A DNA stretch of 64,000 nt from NCBI GenBank assembly GCA_965198235.1, contig OZ240248.1, positions 160,001 through 224,000 on the forward strand, in the 5' to 3' direction. Of this stretch, positions 28,623 to 38,414 are shown piece after piece. The notes under the pieces are model-generated. The model saw only the letters and a list, made by a program, of their open reading frames with translations, was not told where the DNA came from and did not search any database. Within the stretch, counting starts at the first letter, position 1, and each line of letters opens with the position of its first letter. Position numbers and translations under genes: made by a program. This DNA comes from Candidatus Poribacteria bacterium. GTDB taxonomy: Bacteria; Poribacteria; WGA-4E; WGA-3G.

Positions 28623-29891
28623 ATGTCGGATTTTAGGGCGATGCTTGCAAGCCCAGATTTCAACATATCTGAAAGTTTCTTACCCAATATAAACTTACAA
28701 AATAAACTCAATTGGGCGGAGGAATTTATACAGAACGTTGTAATTCCGCGATTGCCGGAAGCGGTTGCTTCGCATTTTCCTGTGGAGATAGGCACAGTTC
28801 TCGTCATGTTTGCATGTGCTGGCGTTTTTGTTGGAGTCGTCCCACTACTTCCCTTGGTATTGGTGCTTGCAGAGCGAAAGGTCTCCGCACGTTTTCAGAA
28901 CCGAACGGGTCCTATGCGCGTTGGACCGTGGGGTACACTGCAAACGGTAGCCGACGGTGTAAAACTCATCTTCAAAGAAGATTTTATCCCCCCACAAGGC
29001 GATAAACTCCTTTTCCTTCTTGCCCCCTATATCATTTTTGCCTGTTCTTTCGCTGTCTTCGCCGCTATTCCCTTCAGTCAAGGTATATTGGTTAGCGACT
29101 TTAATATCGGCATCTTCTATATCATGGCGATTTCCTCTGTGATTGTCATGGGGGTGATTATGGCGGGCTGGTCCTCGAATAGCAAATGGTCACTGTTGGG
29201 GTCGCTCCGCTCCGCCGCCCAGATTGTCAGTTATGAAATTCCGCTCGGTCTTTCCATCCTTACTGTTGTTATGCTCGTCGAAAGTTTGAGCATGCAGGAG
29301 ATTGTCGCAAGCCAATCCAACGGCGTTTTCAGTTGGCTCATTTTCCGAACCCCCTTTACCTTTATCGCATTCTTTATCTTCTTTATCTCTTCTATCGCTG
29401 AGGTAAACCGCACACCCTTTGATTTGCCCGAAGCCGAATCTGAAATCGTGGCTGGCTTCCATACCGAGTATAGCGGTATGCGCTTCGCACTCTTCTTTAT
29501 TGCTGAATACGCGAACATGTTCGCCGTGAGCGCAATTGCGGTGACACTTTTCCTCGGCGGTTGGGAAGGGGTCTTGCCGGGTTACGACATCCTCGGCGGA
29601 TTCCCCGGTTTCGTTATCAAATCTCTGGCACTCGTCTTCTTGATGATGTGGTTGCGATGGACGTTGCCGCGCCTACGGGTAGATCAGTTGATGAATCTCT
29701 GCTGGAAATACTTTATCCCGATCGCCTTCTTTAACATCTTAGGCACTGGCATCTGGGGACTCATTTTCCCAAAGGATACCTTGATTAGCACTGCTATTAG
29801 TTGCGCGATTATCTATATTGGGCTTATCGCCGCGTATAAAGTTGCTGGGCGGACGATCGCGCAGAGACCAGCACCCCAACCGAATTTTTAA
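28623..29891 (+). CDS. nuoH: NADH-quinone oxidoreductase subunit H
   Basis: ERK...GP, AQIVSYE, RTPFDLPEAESE, LPRLR.DQL. Confidence 0.97.
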   Translation: MSDFRAMLASPDFNISESFLPNINLQNKLNWAEEFIQNVVIPRLPEAVASHFPVEIGTVLVMFACAGVFVGVVPLLPLVLVLAERKVSARFQNRTGPMRVGPWGTLQTVADGVKLIFKEDFIPPQGDKLLFLLAPYIIFACSFAVFAAIPFSQGILVSDFNIGIFYIMAISSVIVMGVIMAGWSSNSKWSLLGSLRSAAQIVSYEIPLGLSILTVVMLVESLSMQEIVASQSNGVFSWLIFRTPFTFIAFFIFFISSIAEVNRTPFDLPEAESEIVAGFHTEYSGMRFALFFIAEYANMFAVSAIAVTLFLGGWEGVLPGYDILGGFPGFVIKSLALVFLMMWLRWTLPRLRVDQLMNLCWKYFIPIAFFNILGTGIWGLIFPKDTLISTAISCAIIYIGLIAAYKVAGRTIAQRPAPQPNF

Positions 29892-29980
29892 TTTTACCTT
29901 GCGGATCAGTTTCGCGGTTTGGTTTCTGAAAAATTTTCGTGTACGAGTCGCCCTCCATTTCATTTTGGGCTTGGTTTTTG
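29885..29980 (-). repeat. Family B repeat overlapping the nuoH stop
   Basis: Reverse complement GCCC-AAAATGAAATGGA-GGGC...CCGCAAGGTAAAATTAAAAA. Confidence 0.75.
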
Positions 29981-30019
29981 GTTCATCTTTTCCATCAATC
30001 GTTGTAGGAAGGATTTAAA

Positions 30020-30709
30020 ATGGACAAATACATACGAAACATCTACAGAGGCGTTTATACCGTTCTCGTCGGGATGCGGGTGACAATCAGGCAGTTCTTT
30101 GAACCGAACGTCACGCATCAATACCCGTATGAACACGACTTTGAAAAGAAACGGAACGTCCGGGAGATTCCGAAAGGGTATCGCGGGCAGTTGTACAATC
30201 GAATGGAGGATTGCATCGGGTGCAAAAAATGTGAAATGATTTGCCCGGTCGATTGCATTACGATTGTAGGCACCAAACTCCCCAAAGGTGAACAACTCTG
30301 GGATAGCATGAACGTCGTGCATCTCAAGGACGGACGGGAAATCATCGGCATCATTGAAGGTGACGATAAAAAGATAAAGTCGGAAGATTCGATAACCCTT
30401 ACGAATATCACCTCCCGCCAGGGTCCGCAGGAGGTCATAGATCGCCTTGAGCCATCGGGTATAGAGAATCGAGCCCAAACCTTTTCCAGTGACGAGGTGT
30501 CGCGTGTTGTCACCCGAAATCCGGTTGTTTTCTACCTCGATCAGTTCGATATTGATATGTCCCTCTGTATGTATTGTGGACTTTGCACTGAAGTTTGTCC
30601 GACAGAGTGCCTTACGATGAAGGACACACTCGCTGGCGTTGAATACTCCAAATTCGACCGGTCGGATCTAATCTTCCAGTTTGACAAGCAGGAGATGTAC
30701 AAGAACTAA
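30020..30709 (+). CDS. nuoI: NADH-quinone oxidoreductase subunit I with an internal insertion
   Basis: T.QYP, YRG, CIGCKKCEMICP and CMYCGLCTEVCP; position between nuoH and nuoJ. Confidence 0.92.
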   Translation: MDKYIRNIYRGVYTVLVGMRVTIRQFFEPNVTHQYPYEHDFEKKRNVREIPKGYRGQLYNRMEDCIGCKKCEMICPVDCITIVGTKLPKGEQLWDSMNVVHLKDGREIIGIIEGDDKKIKSEDSITLTNITSRQGPQEVIDRLEPSGIENRAQTFSSDEVSRVVTRNPVVFYLDQFDIDMSLCMYCGLCTEVCPTECLTMKDTLAGVEYSKFDRSDLIFQFDKQEMYKN

Positions 30710-30740
30710 TTTTCAAAGGAGAATTTGGGTTCACAGGGGT

Positions 30741-30896
30741 GTAGGTTGGGTTGAGCGAAGCGAAACCCAACAAATGTAACTTCATATCAAGAGTTGGGTT
30801 TCACTCGGATTTTGAAGACTACAACCCGCATGGTTACCGGAAGGGTTCCATGTTTCCGCGTGCGTTTGATTTTGTTCTCCGTTCAACCCAACCTAC
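30741..30896. repeat. REP doublet (REPIN-like) with inverted GTAG ends
   Basis: GTAGGTTGGGTTGA...TCAACCCAACCTAC; a related half at 44600-44671. Confidence 0.8.
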
Positions 30897-30938
30897 GCAT
30901 TTAAGTTGAACTCACGTTAATTTTAAAGGAAATTACGT

Positions 30939-31500
30939 ATGCGAATTTATGCAGTCTTTTCAGTGTTGTTTTTGCTGTGTGGGCTAGTTGTTTTAGGTTG
31001 TGGTGATAGCGTAGAGGATAGCGATGCTGGTGTGCTTGAACCTGACGGGGATTTTAGGTTTCAGGATCTCCCGTTGTAGAAAGGGGCAGTCTTATACCGC
31101 CCGATGAGGTTCCTGTCATTACTATTGAGAAGACTCGCGAAGATGCAGAAAATATTTGGTGGAGACTTAAGGCGGATCCTGTCCCTTCGCGGGAAGATTT
31201 AGTGGTGTATGTCCGTGCTAGACCGTTAAGGTTTCTACCCGGGATGAGGACGTATCACAGACAGCTACTGTCCATACCCATATTTGAAAATAGTTCCGTA
31301 GAAATGAAAGTGCCGCGTTTCCAGGAGGCGTTCGAGTTTTACGTGGGACGCTTTGGCAACTTAATAAATCTGTTGCATCAAATGTCCTTTGAACTCGACA
31401 ATGGATATGTTGTTCCCCAGGGATTGAGTTCTCTTACTATTTGGCGGGGACACCTTCTATTTTGGAGATTCCTGCTAAGGAGCAAGTACAATAGGTTATC
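30939..31500 (+). pseudogene. Decayed lipoprotein gene inside the nuo operon
   Basis: MRIYAVF...VLGC lipobox, in-frame TAG at 31077, then a frameshift into the frame of ORF 31202; end approximate. Confidence 0.6.
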
Positions 31501-31656
31501 TGTCCCCACAGGATCGCAAAGCATAAGACCTCACACTATAGGAAAAATAAAAAATGACAAAAGCCAGCAGCACTGCAACAACGGCAGCAGTGCGGACCTG
31601 AAAATAGGAGCTGCACACTAAGTAATTCTGACAATTCGCTTGCGCCAGTTTAAAAA

Positions 31657-32175
31657 ATGGAATTTACGCTTAAAACCTTTATTTTTTACGGCTTCGCCCT
31701 GACGACAATTGCTTCCGCACTCGTTGTTGTCACAACGCGAAACATCGTCCACGCGGCGTTTTCACTCATGGTGACACTCTTCGGCGTTGCCGGGCTTTAC
31801 GTCTTTTTACAGGCTGATTTTCTCGCCGCAACGCAGGTGATTGTCTATGTCGGCGGCATACTCGTCCTCATTCTATTCGGAGTCATGATGACAAGCGGAC
31901 GTTTGGAGATGCGGATTCATGTTGAACGCGGGCAGCTTCTACTCGGAGGCGTGGTTGCCCTGGCACTGCTTATGCTGCTCTTAACTGTTATTGCGAATAC
32001 ACCCGCATGGAAGAATCTCACCGACGATGGCACCGAGCTTCCACCGACAACAGAACGCATTGGCGAATTGATTCTGAATGGGCAATTTCTCCTGCCATTT
32101 GAAGTCGTCTCTGTGCTGTTGTTAGTCGCGTTAATCGGAGCCGCCCTGATTTCCCGAAAGGAGGTTAGGGACTAA
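31657..32175 (+). CDS. nuoJ: NADH-quinone oxidoreductase subunit J
   Basis: QVIVYVGGILVLILF, LPFE. Confidence 0.95.
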   Translation: MEFTLKTFIFYGFALTTIASALVVVTTRNIVHAAFSLMVTLFGVAGLYVFLQADFLAATQVIVYVGGILVLILFGVMMTSGRLEMRIHVERGQLLLGGVVALALLMLLLTVIANTPAWKNLTDDGTELPPTTERIGELILNGQFLLPFEVVSVLLLVALIGAALISRKEVRD

Positions 32176-32222
32176 ATCTGGGGGAGTCGCGATTCAGAGA
32201 TCGCTCCTACCAAAAGAGAAAA

Positions 32223-32531
32223 ATGACTTTACAACACTACCTCGTCATCAGTGCGATTCTGTTCACGCTCGGCATTTTCGCCGTCTTGACCCGACGGAAC
32301 GCCATTAGTATTTTGATGGGAATTGAGCTTATTCTCAATTCGTGTAATCTTAACTTTGCCGCATTCTCGCGTTTTATGACACCACCGGAGGACATCAGCG
32401 GACAAATTATCGCTATTTTTGGGATTGTGCTCGCTGCAGCAGAAGCCGCTGTTTTTTTAGCGATTATCCTCGCGATCTACCGCGAATTCGGTAGCATACG
32501 TCCTAACGAAGTGGATACCTTAAAAGGTTAA
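32223..32531 (+). CDS. nuoK: NADH-quinone oxidoreductase subunit K
   Basis: RRN, IELILN, AAAEAA, LKG end. Confidence 0.96.
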   Translation: MTLQHYLVISAILFTLGIFAVLTRRNAISILMGIELILNSCNLNFAAFSRFMTPPEDISGQIIAIFGIVLAAAEAAVFLAIILAIYREFGSIRPNEVDTLKG

Positions 32532-32641
32532 AAATTCATTTGGCACTAAAAACTTTGACGCTATCAGACATCGTTGATCGTATCAGAAATCCGCTTGCAA
32601 CAACGGCAGCACGCAGATCAGGAGGCCCATAGCTAAAAAAT

Positions 32642-34867
32642 ATGGTTGTACCCTTAATAAGTCTCATTTTGCTTTGCCCGCTTGCCGCATTTGCGATCTT
32701 CGGACTTTTGGGCTTGGGAAATCGGAGCTTCCCGCGACAGGACTATCTATCTATTGCAGCAATGCTTATTGCGCTCGTCTGTTCGTTCCTGCTTCTGCGA
32801 GAGGTAGTCCCCGATCCAGCACCTCATACAGTTAAGTGGATTTCACTCGGTAGCATCACTTTCTCCATGGGTTTTTACTTGGACAGCGTCACAGCGATCA
32901 TGCTGATTGTTGTCACGCTCGTCAGTAGCCTTGTCCATATTTTTTCGATGGGCTACATGCACGGCGATCCGAGATATCCACGGTTTTTTGCCTACCTTTC
33001 GCTCTTCTCCTTTTCAATGCTTTTCTTGGTCGTGTCGGATAACCTGCTCGGTATTTATATCGGTTGGGAACTCGTTGGACTCTGTTCCTATCTGCTCATC
33101 GGTTTCTGGTTTGAAAAGGATTCCGCCGCGAATGCCTGTAAAAAAGCATTCCTAACAACGCGGGTCGGTGATGTCGGTATGTTCATCGGCATGATGATGC
33201 TCTTCACTAAGTTTAAGACGCTCTCACTCTACGGAGAAGGCGGTATTTTTGCCCTCGTCGCCAGTTTGAATACCGGCGATATGGTATGGCTTTCTATCGC
33301 GGGTGTCCTCATCTTTTGTGGTGCCGTTGGTAAATCGGCGCAAGTTCCCCTGCATACATGGCTCCCTGATGCGATGGAAGGTCCTACACCCGTCAGCGCA
33401 TTGATTCATGCGGCGACGATGGTTGCCGCCGGAGTATATCTCACTGCTCGGATGTTCCCTATTTTGACAGAGACCTCGTCTTTAGTAATCGCCTATATCG
33501 GTGGCATTACTGCAATCATCGCTGCGACTATCGCCATCGTCCGTTTTGACATTAAACGGGTTTTGGCATACTCCACGGTTAGCCAACTTGGGTATATGAT
33601 GCTGGGGATTGGGGCTGGCAGTTATGTCGCAGGACTCTTTCACCTCACAACCCACGCCTTTTTCAAGGCATTGCTGTTTCTCGGTTCAGGGAGCGTCATC
33701 CACGCCTTCCACGCCATGCATGCACATGCACAGGGTGATAAACACGATCACACGCACGAGGACCATGATACGCACGAACATGAACACGGCGACCACGATT
33801 TAGTACATGCTCACGGTTCCGAGATTCCGCCCGATCAGGACATGCGGAACATGGGCGGGTTGCGCCACAAAATGCCAATTACTTTTGTCACAATGCTCAT
33901 CGCAACGTTGTCTATTTCTGGCGTACCCTTTGTCTTCTCCGGGTTCTGGAGCAAAGACGCGATCTTAGGCGGCGTGCTGGAGCGAGCAATGGAATGGAAC
34001 TCTGTCCACCACTATCTCCTATTCGGTATAGCACTCTTTGCTGCTGGAATTACGGCGTTCTATATGTTCCGACTGATCTTCATGACCTTCTTCGGCGAAC
34101 CCCGCAATCAGGAGATGCACGACATGGCACATGAGTCCCCGAAGTCGATGACCGTGCCGCTCCTTATTCTGGCGGCACTGAGCTTGCCTGTTGTGAATAC
34201 ACTCTGGTTTAACAAAGACTATGTTAAACCACCAGAACAACCGCATCTTCATGCACCGCAGCATGCGCACGTCTCACCTGACAGCAAAATGGGCGAGGCG
34301 GGGGTCACACTCTCACTTTTCGGCGTTTCTGAAGCAGTTGCAGCGGAAGAAGGTGGACACGATACAGACGGCGCACATGCAGATGAAGGTCATCATGGAC
34401 ACAGTCCCGCACATGCTATCGCGATGGTGCTATCTATCTGCGTCGCTGGATTAGGTATATTGTTCTCATGGTTGTTCTACCACAGGCGAACTTTATCTGC
34501 TGAATCTGTCGCAACGACTTTTCGACCGCTTTACAATCTCTTCTGGCACAAATACTACTTTGACGAATTTTACGACGGTGTGTTGGTTGCACTGACGGTG
34601 TGGAAGGCACGGCTCTTTGCTCAATTCGATGGAATTATCGTTGATGGTATCGTCAACGGTGTTGGGCGTTTAACGCGCGATTTTCTCGCTGTGTTCGTCG
34701 GCTCTTTTGATAACCGTGTCGTTGATGGCCTCGTCAATCGGGTCGCCCAAGTTACATGGGCAGTCGGCGGTAGAGTCCGTCGGATCCAGACCGGCGCGAT
34801 TCAGACATATCTCTTCGTTGTGCTGGCTGGAATTGTATTGTTAATCTTGATTTTCCGGGTTCTTTAA
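32642..34867 (+). CDS. nuoL: NADH-quinone oxidoreductase subunit L with His-rich inserts
   Basis: GWELVG, GKSAQ.PL..WLPDAMEGPTPVSALIHAATMV, HAFFKALLF. Confidence 0.97.
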   Translation: MVVPLISLILLCPLAAFAIFGLLGLGNRSFPRQDYLSIAAMLIALVCSFLLLREVVPDPAPHTVKWISLGSITFSMGFYLDSVTAIMLIVVTLVSSLVHIFSMGYMHGDPRYPRFFAYLSLFSFSMLFLVVSDNLLGIYIGWELVGLCSYLLIGFWFEKDSAANACKKAFLTTRVGDVGMFIGMMMLFTKFKTLSLYGEGGIFALVASLNTGDMVWLSIAGVLIFCGAVGKSAQVPLHTWLPDAMEGPTPVSALIHAATMVAAGVYLTARMFPILTETSSLVIAYIGGITAIIAATIAIVRFDIKRVLAYSTVSQLGYMMLGIGAGSYVAGLFHLTTHAFFKALLFLGSGSVIHAFHAMHAHAQGDKHDHTHEDHDTHEHEHGDHDLVHAHGSEIPPDQDMRNMGGLRHKMPITFVTMLIATLSISGVPFVFSGFWSKDAILGGVLERAMEWNSVHHYLLFGIALFAAGITAFYMFRLIFMTFFGEPRNQEMHDMAHESPKSMTVPLLILAALSLPVVNTLWFNKDYVKPPEQPHLHAPQHAHVSPDSKMGEAGVTLSLFGVSEAVAAEEGGHDTDGAHADEGHHGHSPAHAIAMVLSICVAGLGILFSWLFYHRRTLSAESVATTFRPLYNLFWHKYYFDEFYDGVLVALTVWKARLFAQFDGIIVDGIVNGVGRLTRDFLAVFVGSFDNRVVDGLVNRVAQVTWAVGGRVRRIQTGAIQTYLFVVLAGIVLLILIFRVL

Positions 34868-35055
34868 GCTATTAAATCTGGTCACCGTTCCCTGTGCAAG
34901 CCTATAGAGGCTTGCAGGACAATGTTTCACGGTGGTTTTCGGTTAATGTCGACCGCCTCTGGATAATGAAAGGCTTTTTAACGATTGGAATACTGTGAGG
35001 ACAATAGACGCAGCAGCTGAGAAGCAATCGTTAGAAAAAGGAGGATTCCCACGAG

Positions 35056-36567
35056 ATGTTACTATCGCTAATGATTTTTGTCCCGTTGCTCGGGATGATC
35101 GTTGTTTTACTTCTGCCGCGTGAGTCGGAGGAACTGATTAAACGCGTTACGCTCTTTTTTACACTCGTTCCGCTCGCACTCGCAGTCGCTTTATTTATAT
35201 CCTACGACCGCTCGACTGCAGGAACACAGTACGTCTTTAACGTTCCTTGGATTCAGGCGTTTAATATCCAATATCACATCGGCATTGACGGACTCAGTGT
35301 AACGCTTTTACTCCTTACTGCACTCTTAGGTCCCATCTGTGTTATTGCCTCTTGGCGCAACATCGAAAAAGGTATCAAAGCGTACATGGCGTTGTTCCTA
35401 TTGCTTGAGACAGGAATGCTGGGTTTCTTCGTTGCGTTGGATCTGTTCCTCTTCTATGTTTTCTTTGAACTGACACTACTGCCGATGTATTTCCTTATCG
35501 GCGTGTGGGGCGGACCGCGCCGTGAATACGCTGCGATTAAGTTTTTCCTCTATACGCTCTTTGGTAGTGTGTTAATGTTGGTTGCGATGATAGCGGTCTA
35601 TCTCAACAGTGGGGCACCCGGTGCACGAACCTTTGACATTCCAACACTCATTACGTTAGCAGCTACAGAAGGACACGCCCTTAACAACCTCGACTTCCAG
35701 ATCTGGGTCTTCCTCGGCTTCTTTATTGGGTTTGCCGTTAAAGTGCCGATCTTCCCCTTCCATACATGGCTTCCCGATGCACACGTTGAAGCACCGACAG
35801 CGATTAGTGTTATCCTTGCAGGAATTCTCCTAAAGATGGGAACTTATGGGCTGGTCCGAGTTAACATGGCAATGTTTCCACGGGGTTTGGACTTCTTCTG
35901 TAACGGAATGGGTTTCTGGGGCAATAGTCTCGCACTTCTTGGGTTTATTAATATCGTCTACGGATCCTTCTGTGCACTGGCACAAACCGACTTTAAGAAG
36001 TTGGTCGCGTATTCCAGTATCGGACACATGGGCTTCGTCATCTTAGGGCTTTCCGCTCGAAATGACAGCGGTATCACTGGCGCGATTCTCCAGATGTTCA
36101 ACCACGGTGTCATCAGTGCGATGCTCTTCCTGCTCGTCGGTGTCCTCTACGACAGAGCACACCACCGTGAAATTAACGGATTCGGCGGTTTGGGAACCAA
36201 AATGCCCGTTTATACTGGCATTACGACGCTTGCGTTCATGGCTTCCTTGGGACTGCCCGGCTTGAGCGGATTTGTCGGCGAAGCACTCTCCTTACTGGGT
36301 GCCTACGATAAATTCAAACTGTTGACCATCTTGTCCACAATAGGTATTGTTGTCGGCGCGGCATATTTCCTCTGGACGCTTCAGCGTGTCTTCTTAGGGA
36401 CACTCAATCCTAAATATGAAGAACTTCCTGAAATCAATGGACGCGAAATTCTGACGCTGGTGCCGCTCGGAATCTTGACCATCGTGCTTGGGGTCTGGCC
36501 CAACTTCGCTATTGATATGTTCAGAGAGTCGGTTACTAACCTCATAGACATCCTGCAGGCGATATAG
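35056..36567 (+). CDS. nuoM: NADH-quinone oxidoreductase subunit M
   Basis: KFFLYT, HTWLPDAHVEAP, LLKMG, GLPG.SGF.GE. Confidence 0.97.
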   Translation: MLLSLMIFVPLLGMIVVLLLPRESEELIKRVTLFFTLVPLALAVALFISYDRSTAGTQYVFNVPWIQAFNIQYHIGIDGLSVTLLLLTALLGPICVIASWRNIEKGIKAYMALFLLLETGMLGFFVALDLFLFYVFFELTLLPMYFLIGVWGGPRREYAAIKFFLYTLFGSVLMLVAMIAVYLNSGAPGARTFDIPTLITLAATEGHALNNLDFQIWVFLGFFIGFAVKVPIFPFHTWLPDAHVEAPTAISVILAGILLKMGTYGLVRVNMAMFPRGLDFFCNGMGFWGNSLALLGFINIVYGSFCALAQTDFKKLVAYSSIGHMGFVILGLSARNDSGITGAILQMFNHGVISAMLFLLVGVLYDRAHHREINGFGGLGTKMPVYTGITTLAFMASLGLPGLSGFVGEALSLLGAYDKFKLLTILSTIGIVVGAAYFLWTLQRVFLGTLNPKYEELPEINGREILTLVPLGILTIVLGVWPNFAIDMFRESVTNLIDILQAI

Positions 36568-36583
36568 GAGGTTTGAGGAAAGT

Positions 36584-38074
36584 ATGCAACCCTTAAGCAA
36601 CATCGAAAGCCTTCTCTACTTCAGTCCAGAAATCCTCCTTGTGATTTTTGCCGTCGCCGTTGTTCTCCTTGATCTCGTTATGAAGGACAGGGAAAGCTCC
36701 GCGGTTGCACATCTCTCCCTCGCAGGGTGTATTTGCGTATTCGCCGCTGTTCTTATCACACACTTTTCTTTCGGCGATAAAGGTCCTGTTTCCCTCTTTT
36801 TGGGAATGGTCCGACTTGATATGTTTTCCAGTTTTTTCAAGGTTCTGCTGCTGCTCGCAACTGCTGCAACGATTCTCTTTTCCCTTCGCTCTGAGGAACT
36901 TGACGCACGGTTGAAGGGTGAATACTATGCGCTCTTGTTAGCCATCACCCTTGGGATGTTCCTGATGGCATCGTCAACGAATTTGTTGATGATATTTATC
37001 TCGTTGGAAACGGTGAGTCTTACTTCCTATATTCTCGCTGGGTTCTTGACGCATAACCCTCGTTCCAGTGAAGCCGCGTTCAAATACATCACGTATGGCG
37101 CAGTCGCATCTGGCACTATGCTCTTTGGGTTGTCGCTTCTGTTTGGAATGGCTGGCAGCGGCGATCTCGGTCAAATTAGTGTGCGACTCACGGAACTCCT
37201 CGCATCTGGAGAGATTGCTCCGCTTGCCGTGCTGATTGCGATAACCTTCGTCCTTGCAGGTGTAGGTTATAAAATCGCCTCAGTCCCGTTTCACATGTGG
37301 TCCCCTGATGTTTACGAAGGCGCACCTATCCCTATAACCGCTTTTCTGTCAGTCGCCTCAAAATCCGCTGGGTTTGCCCTGTTCATTAGGTTTTTCTATT
37401 CCGGGTTTGGCAACCCTGAATTAATGCAGGCTGTTGATTGGACTTTCATGTTGGCGATAGTCTCCGCATTGACGATGACTGTCGGAAATCTCGCCGCTTT
37501 ACCACAGCAGAATGTGAAACGCTTATTAGCGTATTCCAGCATCGCACACAGTGGCTATCTCTTAATGGGCGGTGTCCTGCTCACCTCTGAAGGCATCGGT
37601 GCGATTCTCTTCTACCTCGTTGTTTATCTCTTTATGAACTTGGGTGCGTTTTATGTCGTTGTTCTGATTGCGAACGAAGAGGGAAGTGAAATGATTGAGG
37701 GCTACCGGGGTCTCGCCTCGCGTGCACCGTTTGTCGCTTGGGCAATGGCGATTTTCCTCTTTTCGCTAACTGGGATTCCACCGTTCGCGGGTTTCTTCGG
37801 AAAATGGCTACTCTTTGCCGCTGTCCTTGAGCAAGGATATTATTGGCTTGCGCTTGTCGGTCTGCTAAATAGCGTCGTCTCGCTTTACTATTATGCCCGC
37901 ATTGTGAAAGCGATGTTTCTCGAAGATTCCGACGAGGAAACAACACCGGTCTCCTTTTCTACCGGCACCTTTGCCCTCTTGAGCGTCTTTGTCATCCCAA
38001 CAATCCTCATCGGGTTCCTCAATATTTTTTATACCTTTTCCAATATCTCAGTTTCAGTGATACCGATGCAATAA
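36584..38074 (+). CDS. nuoN: NADH-quinone oxidoreductase subunit N
   Basis: EAAFKY, PFHMW.PDVYEGAP, KRLLAYSSIAH, GIPP..GF.GK. Confidence 0.97.
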   Translation: MQPLSNIESLLYFSPEILLVIFAVAVVLLDLVMKDRESSAVAHLSLAGCICVFAAVLITHFSFGDKGPVSLFLGMVRLDMFSSFFKVLLLLATAATILFSLRSEELDARLKGEYYALLLAITLGMFLMASSTNLLMIFISLETVSLTSYILAGFLTHNPRSSEAAFKYITYGAVASGTMLFGLSLLFGMAGSGDLGQISVRLTELLASGEIAPLAVLIAITFVLAGVGYKIASVPFHMWSPDVYEGAPIPITAFLSVASKSAGFALFIRFFYSGFGNPELMQAVDWTFMLAIVSALTMTVGNLAALPQQNVKRLLAYSSIAHSGYLLMGGVLLTSEGIGAILFYLVVYLFMNLGAFYVVVLIANEEGSEMIEGYRGLASRAPFVAWAMAIFLFSLTGIPPFAGFFGKWLLFAAVLEQGYYWLALVGLLNSVVSLYYYARIVKAMFLEDSDEETTPVSFSTGTFALLSVFVIPTILIGFLNIFYTFSNISVSVIPMQ

Positions 38075-38087
38075 ATTCTTGAAAAAA

Positions 38088-38116
38088 TTGACAAACACGG
38101 TTAATTAAGGTATACT
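38088..38116 (+). promoter_or_regulatory. Sigma70-type promoter of the tRNA pair
   Basis: TTGACA-17 bp-TATACT. Confidence 0.8.
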
Positions 38117-38149
38117 TAAAAACGCAACGGGTCTACAAAAGTGGATCAA

Positions 38150-38220
38150 TGCCCGGTCGTCTAATGGTAGGACGCGTGACTCTGGATTACGTAGTGAAGG
38201 TTCGAGTCCTTCCCGGGCAG
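38150..38220 (+). tRNA. tRNA-Gln(CTG), CCA not encoded
   Basis: Acceptor TGCCCGG/CCGGGCA, anticodon arm CGTGA-CTCTGGA-TTACG, GGTTCGAGTCC T-arm. Confidence 0.93.
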
Positions 38221-38241
38221 TTCTCTCTATTATGTCAATAT

Positions 38242-38313
38242 GCCGCTATCGTCTAGGGGTTAGGACGGATGGTTCTCAGCCATCAAACCGGGGTTCGAAT
38301 CCCCGTAGCGGTA
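38242..38313 (+). tRNA. tRNA-Glu(CTC), CCA not encoded
   Basis: Acceptor GCCGCTA/TAGCGGT, anticodon arm GATGG-TTCTCAG-CCATC, GGTTCGAATCC T-arm. Confidence 0.93.
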
Positions 38314-38414
38314 TCTCTTCACCTGTAAGGGCGGGCTTCCACACTACCCGCCCGTTGTCTTGAGTGCCCAAATGCCTTCTGAGTTAGCGTCCCACACATT
38401 GGAGAAAAACACGC

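Noticed and set aside
30300-30520. Intein in NuoI
   Set aside because: No C-terminal HN followed by C/S/T, and too short.
31077-31079. Recoded TAG (pyrrolysine or readthrough) in the lipoprotein gene
   Set aside because: A frameshift follows within a few codons, and TAG is a normal stop elsewhere in the window.
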